58,963 nucleotides of DNA from Candidatus Limnocylindria bacterium. GTDB lineage: Bacteria > Chloroflexota > Limnocylindria > QHBO01. A program made the position numbers and the translations under genes. The notes under the pieces were generated by a model that was given only the letters and a program-made list of their open reading frames with translations, ran no database searches and was not told the DNA's origin. Shown piece after piece: positions 6,359 through 13,964 of the stretch. The stretch is taken from contig JBBSHF010000002.1 in assembly GCA_038253355.1 (NCBI GenBank), positions 1 through 58,963 of the forward strand, in the 5' to 3' direction. The number at the start of each line of letters is the position of its first letter. Within the stretch, counting starts at the first letter, position 1.

Positions 6359-8110
6359 ATGCCTCGACCGCGTTCTGCTCCACGCAGCGCCGATGCCGCC
6401 ATCAGCAACGGCGACCTGGCGCGTATCTTCAGCGAGATCGCCGACATGCTCGAGATCATGGGCGAGGTGGTCTACAAGTCGGTCGCCTACCGCCGCGTTG
6501 CCGATGCCGTGGAGCGCTATCCCGATGACGTCGCCGCGTTGTTCCGACGTGGCACGCCGCCGAAGCTGCCCGGCGCCGGCGCGGCGCTGACCGCCAAGCT
6601 GGCCGAGCTGGCCGAGACCGGCCAGCTCGAGTACCACGCGCGGCTGCGTGCCCAGGTACCCGATGGGTTGCTCGACATGCTGCGCATTCCGGGGGTCGGG
6701 CCACGCACCGTCAAGATGCTGCACGGCGAGCTGGGAATCGACTCCGTCGACGCGCTGCGCGTCGCGGCCGAGCAGGGCCTGCTGCGTGGCCTGAAAGGGC
6801 TCTCCGCCCGGACCGAGGAGAACGTGCTGGCCGGCATCAGCCGTATCGAACAGCGCGGCAGTCGCCTGCTGCTCCACGACGCCGATGCGCTGATGCAAGG
6901 GCTGCTCGCCCGCCTGGGCCAGGTGCGCGGCGTGGTGCGCATGGAGGCCGCCGGCTCGCTGCGACGGCGGCGTGCCACCATCGGCGACCTCGATCTGCTC
7001 GCGGCGGTCGAGGACGCGGCTGCGCTGATCGCCGCGCTGGACGGCCTGCCGGAGGTCGATCACATCGTCTCTGCCGGCATCGATAAGTCGAGCATCGTGC
7101 TGCGTGACGGACCGCAGGTCGACCTGATGGTCTGCCCGCCCGCCGCGTGGGGCACCCACCTGGTGCACTTCACCGGCAGCAAGGGGCACAACGTGGCCCT
7201 GCGCGGACGCGCGCTGGCACGCGGGTGGTCGCTCTCCGAGAAGGGGTTCAAGGTGGTTGACAGCGGCGAGCTGCTGCTCTCCGACAGCGAGGAGGAGGTC
7301 TACGCCCGGCTCGAGATGGACTGGGTGCCCCCCGAGCTGCGCGAGGACAGCGGCGAGATCCAGGCGGCCGCCGAGCGCTTACTGCCCCGACTGCTGACCC
7401 TTGACGACGTGTGCGGCGATACGCACACCCATTCCGACTGGACCGATGGCGTCGACTCGATGGGGGCCATGGCGCGCGCAGCCCGCGCGCTGGGACGCGA
7501 GTGGATGGTCCTGACCGATCACTCGCCCTCGCTCGGCATCACGCGCGGCCTTTCGCGGGAGCGCATCGCTGAGCAGGGCGCCGAGATCGCCCGGTTGAAC
7601 GGGGAGCTCGCGCCGTTCCGCATCCTGCATGGCACCGAGATGGAGATCCGCTCCGACGCATCCCTGGATTACCCCGACGACCTGCTCGCCGGCTTCGACG
7701 TCGTCGTCGCCAGCGTCCACACCGGCCGTGGGCAATCGGTCGAGCAGCTGACCGCGCGGGCGCTGTCGGCGATCGAGAACCCGCACGTCGACATCCTGGC
7801 CCATCCCACCGGAAGGATCGTCAATCGCCGAGAGCCGATGGTGCTCGACTGGCCGCGCGTCTTCGAGGCCGCCGCGCGTACCGGTACCATGCTCGAGCTC
7901 AACGGCAGCCCGCGGCTGGACCTCGACGATGTGCTGGCGCGCGCGGCGGGCGCTGCCGGGGCGCGGCTGACGGTGTCCAGCGACGCGCATCGGACCGAGG
8001 AGCTGGGTCAGCTGCGTTACGCGGTCTCCATGGCGCGCCGCGCCTGGCTGACTCCCGGCCAGGTCCTCTCGACGCGTTCCGCCGACGCGCTGCTCGAGCT
8101 CGTCCGATGA
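6359..8110 (+). CDS. polX: DNA polymerase X family protein with C-terminal PHP domain
   Basis: N-terminal HhH/Pol-beta-like region (NGDLARIFSEIADMLE, GVGPRTVKML, GSLRRRRATIGDLDLL). C-terminal PHP motifs (GDTHTHSDWTDG, TDHSP, SDAHR). The start is uncertain (6326 GTG, 6350 or 6359 ATG); 6359 fits the TAGAAT-N7-ATG leaderless pattern. Confidence 0.85.
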   Translation: MPRPRSAPRSADAAISNGDLARIFSEIADMLEIMGEVVYKSVAYRRVADAVERYPDDVAALFRRGTPPKLPGAGAALTAKLAELAETGQLEYHARLRAQVPDGLLDMLRIPGVGPRTVKMLHGELGIDSVDALRVAAEQGLLRGLKGLSARTEENVLAGISRIEQRGSRLLLHDADALMQGLLARLGQVRGVVRMEAAGSLRRRRATIGDLDLLAAVEDAAALIAALDGLPEVDHIVSAGIDKSSIVLRDGPQVDLMVCPPAAWGTHLVHFTGSKGHNVALRGRALARGWSLSEKGFKVVDSGELLLSDSEEEVYARLEMDWVPPELREDSGEIQAAAERLLPRLLTLDDVCGDTHTHSDWTDGVDSMGAMARAARALGREWMVLTDHSPSLGITRGLSRERIAEQGAEIARLNGELAPFRILHGTEMEIRSDASLDYPDDLLAGFDVVVASVHTGRGQSVEQLTARALSAIENPHVDILAHPTGRIVNRREPMVLDWPRVFEAAARTGTMLELNGSPRLDLDDVLARAAGAAGARLTVSSDAHRTEELGQLRYAVSMARRAWLTPGQVLSTRSADALLELVR

Positions 8111-8886
8111 TGGCGCGCATGTTCGATGGCAAGCGAGCGAACCAGGTGCTGCAGCGCATCGATCGGCCCGAGGCGATCGGGCTGGCGGTGGTGCTCGCGG
8201 CGCTGGTGGCCATCGGCTGGTTCGTTGCGCCCTTCTGGCTGGCAGTCATGGTCGCGGCCCAGCTGGCGATCGCCGGACTCGGAGGCGTGCACCTGATCGG
8301 TGCGGCGCGCCCGGGGATGGGCTTTGCGCGCTATGCGACGCTGGCGATCGCGGCCGTGGCGCTCACCCTGTTTGGCCGCCTGCTGCCCGGTGGCGTGGCG
8401 CTGCTGCTCATTCCGGTGGTGGCCGTCCTGCTCTGGTCGGTCCTGTCGCTCGAGCTGCGGGCGGCGCGTGGCGTCGGCGCGCGGACGATGCTCGACCTGG
8501 CGCTGGTCGGCATCCTGTTCGCCGGAGCGTCGGGCATCTGGCATCTGTTCGGTGAGAATGCGTGGCCGCCGCCGCTGGTCCCGGTGCTGCTGCTCGCATT
8601 CGTCGTGGCCCTCCGTTCCGCCGAGGCGCGCGGTTGGGGCGGGATCGAAGCGGTCGGCCAGGCCGCGCTGCACGTTCTCGCGGTGGGTCAGGTCGGCGCC
8701 GCGCTGGTACTGCTCGATCTGCCCGGCCTGGTGGCACCCGCAATCGTGGCGCTGACCTTCCACGCGTGGGGCGGCGCCGTCGAAGCACTGCAGGAAGGCG
8801 CGTCGCTGCGCAGCGTGGCACTCGAGTTCGGAACGTTGGGGTTACTCGGCCTGATCGTGGCATTCCTCCTGCATCAGCCCGCGTGA
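8107..8886 (+). CDS. polytopic membrane protein, hypothetical
   Basis: 259 aa with about 7 hydrophobic segments and GC3-rich codons. ATGA overlap with the polX stop. Confidence 0.6.
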   Translation: MMARMFDGKRANQVLQRIDRPEAIGLAVVLAALVAIGWFVAPFWLAVMVAAQLAIAGLGGVHLIGAARPGMGFARYATLAIAAVALTLFGRLLPGGVALLLIPVVAVLLWSVLSLELRAARGVGARTMLDLALVGILFAGASGIWHLFGENAWPPPLVPVLLLAFVVALRSAEARGWGGIEAVGQAALHVLAVGQVGAALVLLDLPGLVAPAIVALTFHAWGGAVEALQEGASLRSVALEFGTLGLLGLIVAFLLHQPA

Positions 8887-8926
8887 CGGTGTGACGGCGC
8901 GCCAGGGCTCGCTCGAACGACACGCG

Positions 8927-8955
8927 TTGACACTCGGCAGAGGCGGTGCTACAAC
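8927..8955 (+). promoter_or_regulatory. candidate sigma-70-type promoter TTGACA-17-TACAAC
   Basis: TTGACA at 8927-8932, an exact 17-nt spacer, then TACAAC at 8950-8955. It lies ~80 nt upstream of the TPR gene ATG. Confidence 0.4.
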
Positions 8956-9036
8956 AAGGCGCCCTTCCGCCGGGTCAGCCCGAGTCGGAGGGCCTTTCTG
9001 CGCATAACACCCACCTAGCGGAGACGTTGATCAACG

Positions 9037-9897
9037 ATGACGCTCGGGGAAGTCGACACCATCAACCGCCAGCGCCGCCAACTCGGCGACGCCGCCATCG
9101 GGCACGCCACCCGGGGCGACTGGGAGGAAGCGGTCGAAGCCAACCGGCAGCTTCTGGAGCTCGGTCCGGATACCGATACCTATAACCGCCTGGGCAAGGC
9201 GCTCGCCGAGCTTGGACGTGACGTCGACGCGCTCGACGCATATGAGCAGGCGCTCGCGCGCGACAGCACGAACCGGATCGCGGAGCGCAACGTCGAGCGC
9301 CTGCGCGTCCTGGTCGCCACTCGCACGGCCGGCAGTGCCGCGGCCAAGAAGCCGTCCGGCGCGAAGGGCAAGAACATCAAGCCGGAGAAAGCATCGGCTG
9401 CCCACTTCATCGAGGAGATGGGCAAGACCGGCCACGCGCGACTGATCAACCTGGCGGCGCCGCGCGAGCTCGCACTGCTCTCGCCGGGCGATGCCGTGCA
9501 TCTCGAGATCGAGGGTGAGCAGCTGGTGGCACACAGCGGCGAGACGCAGGTTGGTCAGCTGGAGCCCCGCGTCGGGACGCGTCTGGTCAAGCTGATGCAC
9601 GCCGGCAATCGGTACGAGGCAGCCATCACGGTGCTGCAGAACGACGACCTGCGGATCATCATTCGCGAGGTGTTCGGCCACCCGTCGAACTTCGGCAAGG
9701 TTTCCTTCCCGGGCACCGCGGCCTCGCGTGCCGGTGACGTCCGACCGTACATGAAGGGCACCGCGCTCCGCTACGATGACGACGAGGAGAGCGAAGAGCC
9801 CGACGAGGATGCGGAGGAGGTCGAGGAGCTCGACACGACCCTTCCGGAATTCTCGACCGAGCCAGAGCTCGAGGAAGATCTGCTCGAAGAATCGTAG
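9037..9897 (+). CDS. TPR-repeat protein with central beta-rich module and strongly acidic C-terminal tail
   Basis: TPR-like helices (GDWEEAVEANRQLLELGPDTDTYNRLGKALAELGRDVDALDAYEQALARD). The tail is YDDDEESEEPDEDAEEVEELD...EPELEEDLLEES. Confidence 0.75.
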   Translation: MTLGEVDTINRQRRQLGDAAIGHATRGDWEEAVEANRQLLELGPDTDTYNRLGKALAELGRDVDALDAYEQALARDSTNRIAERNVERLRVLVATRTAGSAAAKKPSGAKGKNIKPEKASAAHFIEEMGKTGHARLINLAAPRELALLSPGDAVHLEIEGEQLVAHSGETQVGQLEPRVGTRLVKLMHAGNRYEAAITVLQNDDLRIIIREVFGHPSNFGKVSFPGTAASRAGDVRPYMKGTALRYDDDEESEEPDEDAEEVEELDTTLPEFSTEPELEEDLLEES

Positions 9898-9903
9898 GAG
9901 CCC

Positions 9904-12702
9904 ATGTGCGCGGCTGACCGGAAGCGACTTGATCACGTCGTCCTTCCGCGTCGGCGCGCCGGCCTGGCCTTGCTCGAGCGCTACTTTCCATCCCCCGCTG
10001 ACAACCTGCTCGACGCCGAGCTGAGCTCCTTCGCACGCCCCGGCGACACGGTGCTGGATCCGTGGGCGGGGACCGGCTGGACCGCGCGCCGCGCGATCGC
10101 ACAGGGAGTGCGCGCGGTCGCCGCCGATCCAAGCCCGTTCGCCCAGCTCGCCGGCCAGGCGTTTCTGTTGGCGCCCGATCCAGCGGTCATCGATGCCGGC
10201 TTCGCGCAGCTCGCCGCTTCGCGTCGTGTCGACGTGCCGTTGCGCCAGCATGTCGAGGAGCTGTACGCCACCCACTGTGCCGCCTGCCGCCGTCCGGTGG
10301 TGGGCGAGCAGTTCATCTGGCCCGGTGACGCCGATGCGCCGGGTCGCAAGCTCTACCGATGTCCAAGCTGTGACGCGTCGGTGGGCGGTCCGATCGAGCG
10401 CGTCGCGGCGGTCGACGAGGCCGATCTCGCCAAGCTCGGGATCGACCGTCGCCCGTCGCCATCCGACGAGTCGCTTGCCCCCGACCCGTCACTCGACGCG
10501 GAGGACGACCTGCCGCCGGCACCGGTGGGCCTGACCGGGTCGTCGCTGGGTGAGCCCGGTGGTCCCCCTCCACCGATCGCGGTTCAACCCGATCCACCCG
10601 GCGGCGCGGCATCCACGGCAGGACCACGCTGGGCGTCGACGGTGCATCCCGATCCGGCTCCGCTCGCGGGAGGTGACGTGCGCCAGGGCCTGCACTATCA
10701 GCAGCTGCACGAGCGCTTTCCGGTGCTCGACGGCAGAGGGGAGCTGATCGATGAGCTGCTTGGGCTGTACTCGCCGCGCAACCTGTATGCGCTGCAGGTC
10801 ATCGCCAACAAGATCGACGCGGAGTTTCACGATCAGCCGATGGCCGCGGTCCTGCGCCTGGCGCTGGCCGCCTGCCTGTTGCCGGCCAGCAAGCTGAACG
10901 GCTATCCGGGGCGGGTCGCCTCGCTGCGGATCGCCAACGGCCACGTCCGCCAACCGGCGTCCCGCCATCAGCGCGAGGTCAACGTCTGGCGGCTCTTCGA
11001 GTCGGCGGTGGCTGACGTGCGCACGGCGCTGGCATCGGCTGCCGGCGACCGCAAGCCGGCTCGCTTCGCCAGCGATTTCGCCGATCTCGGCGGCGTGCGA
11101 GCCGCCAACGTCTTCTGGGTGCGTTGTCGGCCGGCTGTGGTGGGCCAGTACCTGCCCACGGAGAGCGTGGACCTCGTGTTGGGGTCCACCGGCGCCTCGC
11201 CGAGCCTCGACGAATTGAGCTTCGAATACCTCGCCACGGCCTGGCTGATGGGCCGCGAGGCCGCCGAGACGCTGCGCCTGGAGCCGCTCTTCGGTACGCC
11301 GATCGGCCAGAACGACGGCACCGAGGCGACCGCGCTGCGTCACGCCATGGCATCGGCGGCCGGAGCCCTGAAGCCCGATGGCTGGTTCAACGTGGTGCTC
11401 GATGGCGAGGACGTCGATCGCATGCTGAGCGTGGCGGTGGCCGCGGCGCTGGCCGGTCTCGAGCTCGTCGACGTCATTCCTCGCGAGTCGCGGCGTTCGG
11501 GGGACGGCGCCAGCCTCCACTTCCGCAAGCCCTCCGCGGAGGACCGTTTGCGCGCCGCTGTCCAGCCGGGCCCGCTGCGTCTGGGCAGTGCCGGGGAGCG
11601 GCTGACCTACCCGGAGCTGGCCGAGGCGATGGATCGTGCGGCGACCGACCTGCTGCGCGATCGGGGCGAGCCGGCCGGGCTCGCTCGCATCGCGGCCGCG
11701 GTACTCCTGGAGCTGCAACGCCGCGGGTTGCTGCGGCGCGTGGCCCTGCTGCGAGCCAACGGTGAGCCGCGGACCGAGGCCGACATCGAGCAGCAACAGA
11801 CTGACGAGCGGCTCGACCGCGGTGGCTCGGCCCTCCTGGCCAAGCTGCTGCGCGAGGAGCTCTGGCGTGACGACCATCCGGCCCTGCTCCGTCTCGGCGA
11901 GGCGGAGCGTCCGCAGTGGTGGCTGAGACAACCCGAGCTCGCCAATTCGCCGCTCGCCGATCGCGTGGAGTGGGCGACCTTCTCGATCCTGTCGACGGCA
12001 GGCGGCCTCGACGAGGATGCCTTCCTGGATCGCATCTACGCGCTCTTCCCGGGGCTTGCGGCGCCCGATGAGGAGCTGGTGCGCGCCTGCCTGGCGGCCT
12101 ATGCATCGGTCGGCGAGCGCGGCCAGCTGCGGACGGAGGATGATCTGGCGCGTCGGCTGGATGACCACGCGCGGATCATCGGCCTGCTGAGCGACTACGG
12201 GCACCGCGTCGGCCTGCGAGTGTGGATCAGCAAGCGCGAGCAGTCGCGTCGCCTCGACGGCGCCACGCTGGGGGAGGGGCTTCGTGAGGAGGAGCAACGC
12301 GCCTATCTCCCGCTGGTGGTGCGCGCTCCAGCCGAGGCGCTCGGCGCCGTGGACGTCATTTGGTACGCGCGCGGCCGCCTCGCCTTCCTGTTCGAGGTGG
12401 AGTGGACCGCCATGGTTGGCGAGGCGGTGCTGCGGCGCGGTCGATCCATTCCGCCGACCGAGCAGCAGGCGCGCTTCGTGGTGGTCCCCGCCGAGCGAGC
12501 CGAGCTGCTGCGGCTCAAGCTCGAGCGGTCACCGTGGCTGCGCGCCGAGATGGAGCGCCAGAACTGGTACGTCCTCAAGTGGCGGCATCTCGAGAGCCTG
12601 GCCGGGCGGGACGGAGCAAGCCTGGAATGGCTCGAACCGGTGCTTGGACTCGACCCGCTGATCGAGCGTGGCGGGCAGCAGCTGACCATGTTCGGGGAGT
12701 AG
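9904..12702 (+). CDS. large Zn-ribbon methyltransferase-like protein with degenerate motif IV and C-terminal PD-(D/E)xK-like core
   Basis: AGGAG lies 5 nt upstream. Motif-I-like block GDTVLDPWAGTGWTARRA. CxxC..CxxC at 10276-10371. Motif-IV position reads VDLVLGSTGASP, followed by ALKPDGWFNVVLDGED. C-terminus VDVIWYARGRLAFLFEVEWT. The antisense ORF 10489..12297 is an R/G/Q-rich shadow. Confidence 0.75.
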   Translation: MCAADRKRLDHVVLPRRRAGLALLERYFPSPADNLLDAELSSFARPGDTVLDPWAGTGWTARRAIAQGVRAVAADPSPFAQLAGQAFLLAPDPAVIDAGFAQLAASRRVDVPLRQHVEELYATHCAACRRPVVGEQFIWPGDADAPGRKLYRCPSCDASVGGPIERVAAVDEADLAKLGIDRRPSPSDESLAPDPSLDAEDDLPPAPVGLTGSSLGEPGGPPPPIAVQPDPPGGAASTAGPRWASTVHPDPAPLAGGDVRQGLHYQQLHERFPVLDGRGELIDELLGLYSPRNLYALQVIANKIDAEFHDQPMAAVLRLALAACLLPASKLNGYPGRVASLRIANGHVRQPASRHQREVNVWRLFESAVADVRTALASAAGDRKPARFASDFADLGGVRAANVFWVRCRPAVVGQYLPTESVDLVLGSTGASPSLDELSFEYLATAWLMGREAAETLRLEPLFGTPIGQNDGTEATALRHAMASAAGALKPDGWFNVVLDGEDVDRMLSVAVAAALAGLELVDVIPRESRRSGDGASLHFRKPSAEDRLRAAVQPGPLRLGSAGERLTYPELAEAMDRAATDLLRDRGEPAGLARIAAAVLLELQRRGLLRRVALLRANGEPRTEADIEQQQTDERLDRGGSALLAKLLREELWRDDHPALLRLGEAERPQWWLRQPELANSPLADRVEWATFSILSTAGGLDEDAFLDRIYALFPGLAAPDEELVRACLAAYASVGERGQLRTEDDLARRLDDHARIIGLLSDYGHRVGLRVWISKREQSRRLDGATLGEGLREEEQRAYLPLVVRAPAEALGAVDVIWYARGRLAFLFEVEWTAMVGEAVLRRGRSIPPTEQQARFVVVPAERAELLRLKLERSPWLRAEMERQNWYVLKWRHLESLAGRDGASLEWLEPVLGLDPLIERGGQQLTMFGE

Positions 12703-12749
12703 CGGCCAAGCGCTCGGCGACCGCTTGACCCGCGACGTACACTCAGCCC

Positions 12750-12782
12750 GGGAGTGCCGTGGTTCCCCCCTGCGGCACTCCC
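12750..12782. terminator. bidirectional hairpin between convergent genes (GGGAGTGCCG / CGGCACTCCC)
   Basis: A perfect 10-bp stem with a 13-nt loop and no U-tract. Confidence 0.5.
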
Positions 12783-12813
12783 TGCGCGTGTCCCCGCGGT
12801 ACAGTCGGATGGG

Positions 12814-13152
12814 TCAGCTCGCCGGTTCGCTGAGCTCCTGTGTCGGCCGTCGCGCGGCTCGTCGGCCCACGGCTCGCCGCACGACGGTCATCACCTCGTC
12901 GACGTAGGGTTGGCCCTGGCCGGTCTCGACGGCATGGCTCAGGCAGCCCGAGATATGGTCCTCCAGCAGCAGCAGCGCCACCTGGTCGGCGGCCGCGGTG
13001 AGCGCCTCGACCTGCTGCAGCACGTCCAGGCAATAGGCTTCCTCGCTGACCAGCCGCTGGATGCCTCGCGCCTGCCCCTCGATCCGCTTGAGGCGGTTCA
13101 GCAGCAGGCGGCGATCCTTGGTGTAGGCGTGACGAAAGAGGGTCGGCTCCAT
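12814..13152 (-). CDS. csoR: CsoR/RcnR-family metal-sensing transcriptional repressor
   Basis: LLNRLKRIEGQARGIQRLV...YCLDVLQQVEA...LLEDHISGCL matches the DUF156/CsoR pattern with C..H..C ligands. Start chosen at MEPTLF, 10 nt after a TTGACC-17-CATACT promoter. Confidence 0.8.
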   Translation of the reverse strand: MEPTLFRHAYTKDRRLLLNRLKRIEGQARGIQRLVSEEAYCLDVLQQVEALTAAADQVALLLLEDHISGCLSHAVETGQGQPYVDEVMTVVRRAVGRRAARRPTQELSEPAS

Positions 13153-13162
13153 ACTGCGGGTG

Positions 13163-13191
13163 AGTATGTGTTCCGGCTCCCCGCCGGTCAA
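13163..13191 (-). promoter_or_regulatory. candidate promoter TTGACC-17-CATACT for csoR
   Basis: The minus strand reads TTGACC (13191-13186), a 17-nt spacer, CATACT (13168-13163), then 10 nt to the ATG at 13152. Confidence 0.4.
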
Positions 13192-13223
13192 TCGCCCAGT
13201 CGCGGTTCGGGCTCGATTCGGGG

Positions 13224-13229
13224 TAGCAT
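13224..13229 (+). promoter_or_regulatory. -10 box TAGCAT, 9 nt before the ATG at 13239 (leaderless-type)
   Basis: Read directly: gggTAGCATgcgtcgattATG. Confidence 0.35.
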
Positions 13230-13238
13230 GCGTCGATT

Positions 13239-13964
13239 ATGAGTCCCATCGAGAAGCATGAGCTGGTCAGCCCACTGGAGCGCGCGCTGGTGATCGTCAG
13301 CCATCCCGACGACGCGGAGTTCGGTGCCGCGGCGACCATCGCGGCGCTCACCGGCGCCGGCGTGCGAGTCGACTACGTGGTCACCACCGACGGCGGCAAG
13401 GGGACCGATGATCCGGCGGTCACCCCCGAGCAGCTGAGCGCCACGCGGACCGCCGAGCAGCGCGCCGCGGCGGACGTGCTGGGCGTCAGCGAGATCGTGC
13501 ATCTCGGCTATCCCGACGGCTATCTGACCCCGTCGCTCGACCTGCGGCGAGATGTCACGCGCCAGATCCGCCGCTTCCGCCCGGACCTGGTGCTGACTCA
13601 GAACCCGCAGCGGCGGCTCGACCACAATCCGTTCATCGGGCATCCGGATCATCTCGCCACCGGCGAGGCCACGCTCGCCTCGGTATACCCCGCAGCGCGC
13701 GACCGCCTGAATTTCCCCGAGCTGCTCGACGAGGGGCTCGAGCCATGGAAGGTGCGACAGGTCCTGCTCTCCGGCGTCGAGGAGCCGAACCTGTGGATCG
13801 ACGTCGCCGCCACCTTCGACACCGGAGTGCAGGCGCTGCTGCGCCACGCCAGCCAGATTGGGGATCGCGACGTCGAAACCCGGGTGCGCGAGCGGGCCGA
13901 GCTGGTCGGAGCGCCGCAGGGGATCGGCCTGGCGCAGGCGTTCCTCTCGATCATCCTGGAATGA
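13239..13964 (+). CDS. PIG-L (LmbE-like) family deacetylase
   Basis: VIVSHPDDAEFGAAATIA and HPDH motifs. Confidence 0.8.
   Translation: MSPIEKHELVSPLERALVIVSHPDDAEFGAAATIAALTGAGVRVDYVVTTDGGKGTDDPAVTPEQLSATRTAEQRAAADVLGVSEIVHLGYPDGYLTPSLDLRRDVTRQIRRFRPDLVLTQNPQRRLDHNPFIGHPDHLATGEATLASVYPAARDRLNFPELLDEGLEPWKVRQVLLSGVEEPNLWIDVAATFDTGVQALLRHASQIGDRDVETRVRERAELVGAPQGIGLAQAFLSIILE

Noticed and set aside
10489-12297. 602-aa minus-strand ORF antisense to the large methyltransferase-like gene
   Set aside because: Its composition is dominated by R/G/Q/A/L runs typical of high-GC shadow frames. It has no recognisable motifs, and the plus-strand frame has G/C-rich third positions and clear motifs.
13745-13960. 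Upstream extension of the ABC exporter ORF overlapping the PIG-L gene
   Set aside because: The extension is an Arg/Gly-rich shadow within the deacetylase coding frame. The ATG at 13961 forms an ATGA junction with the upstream stop.
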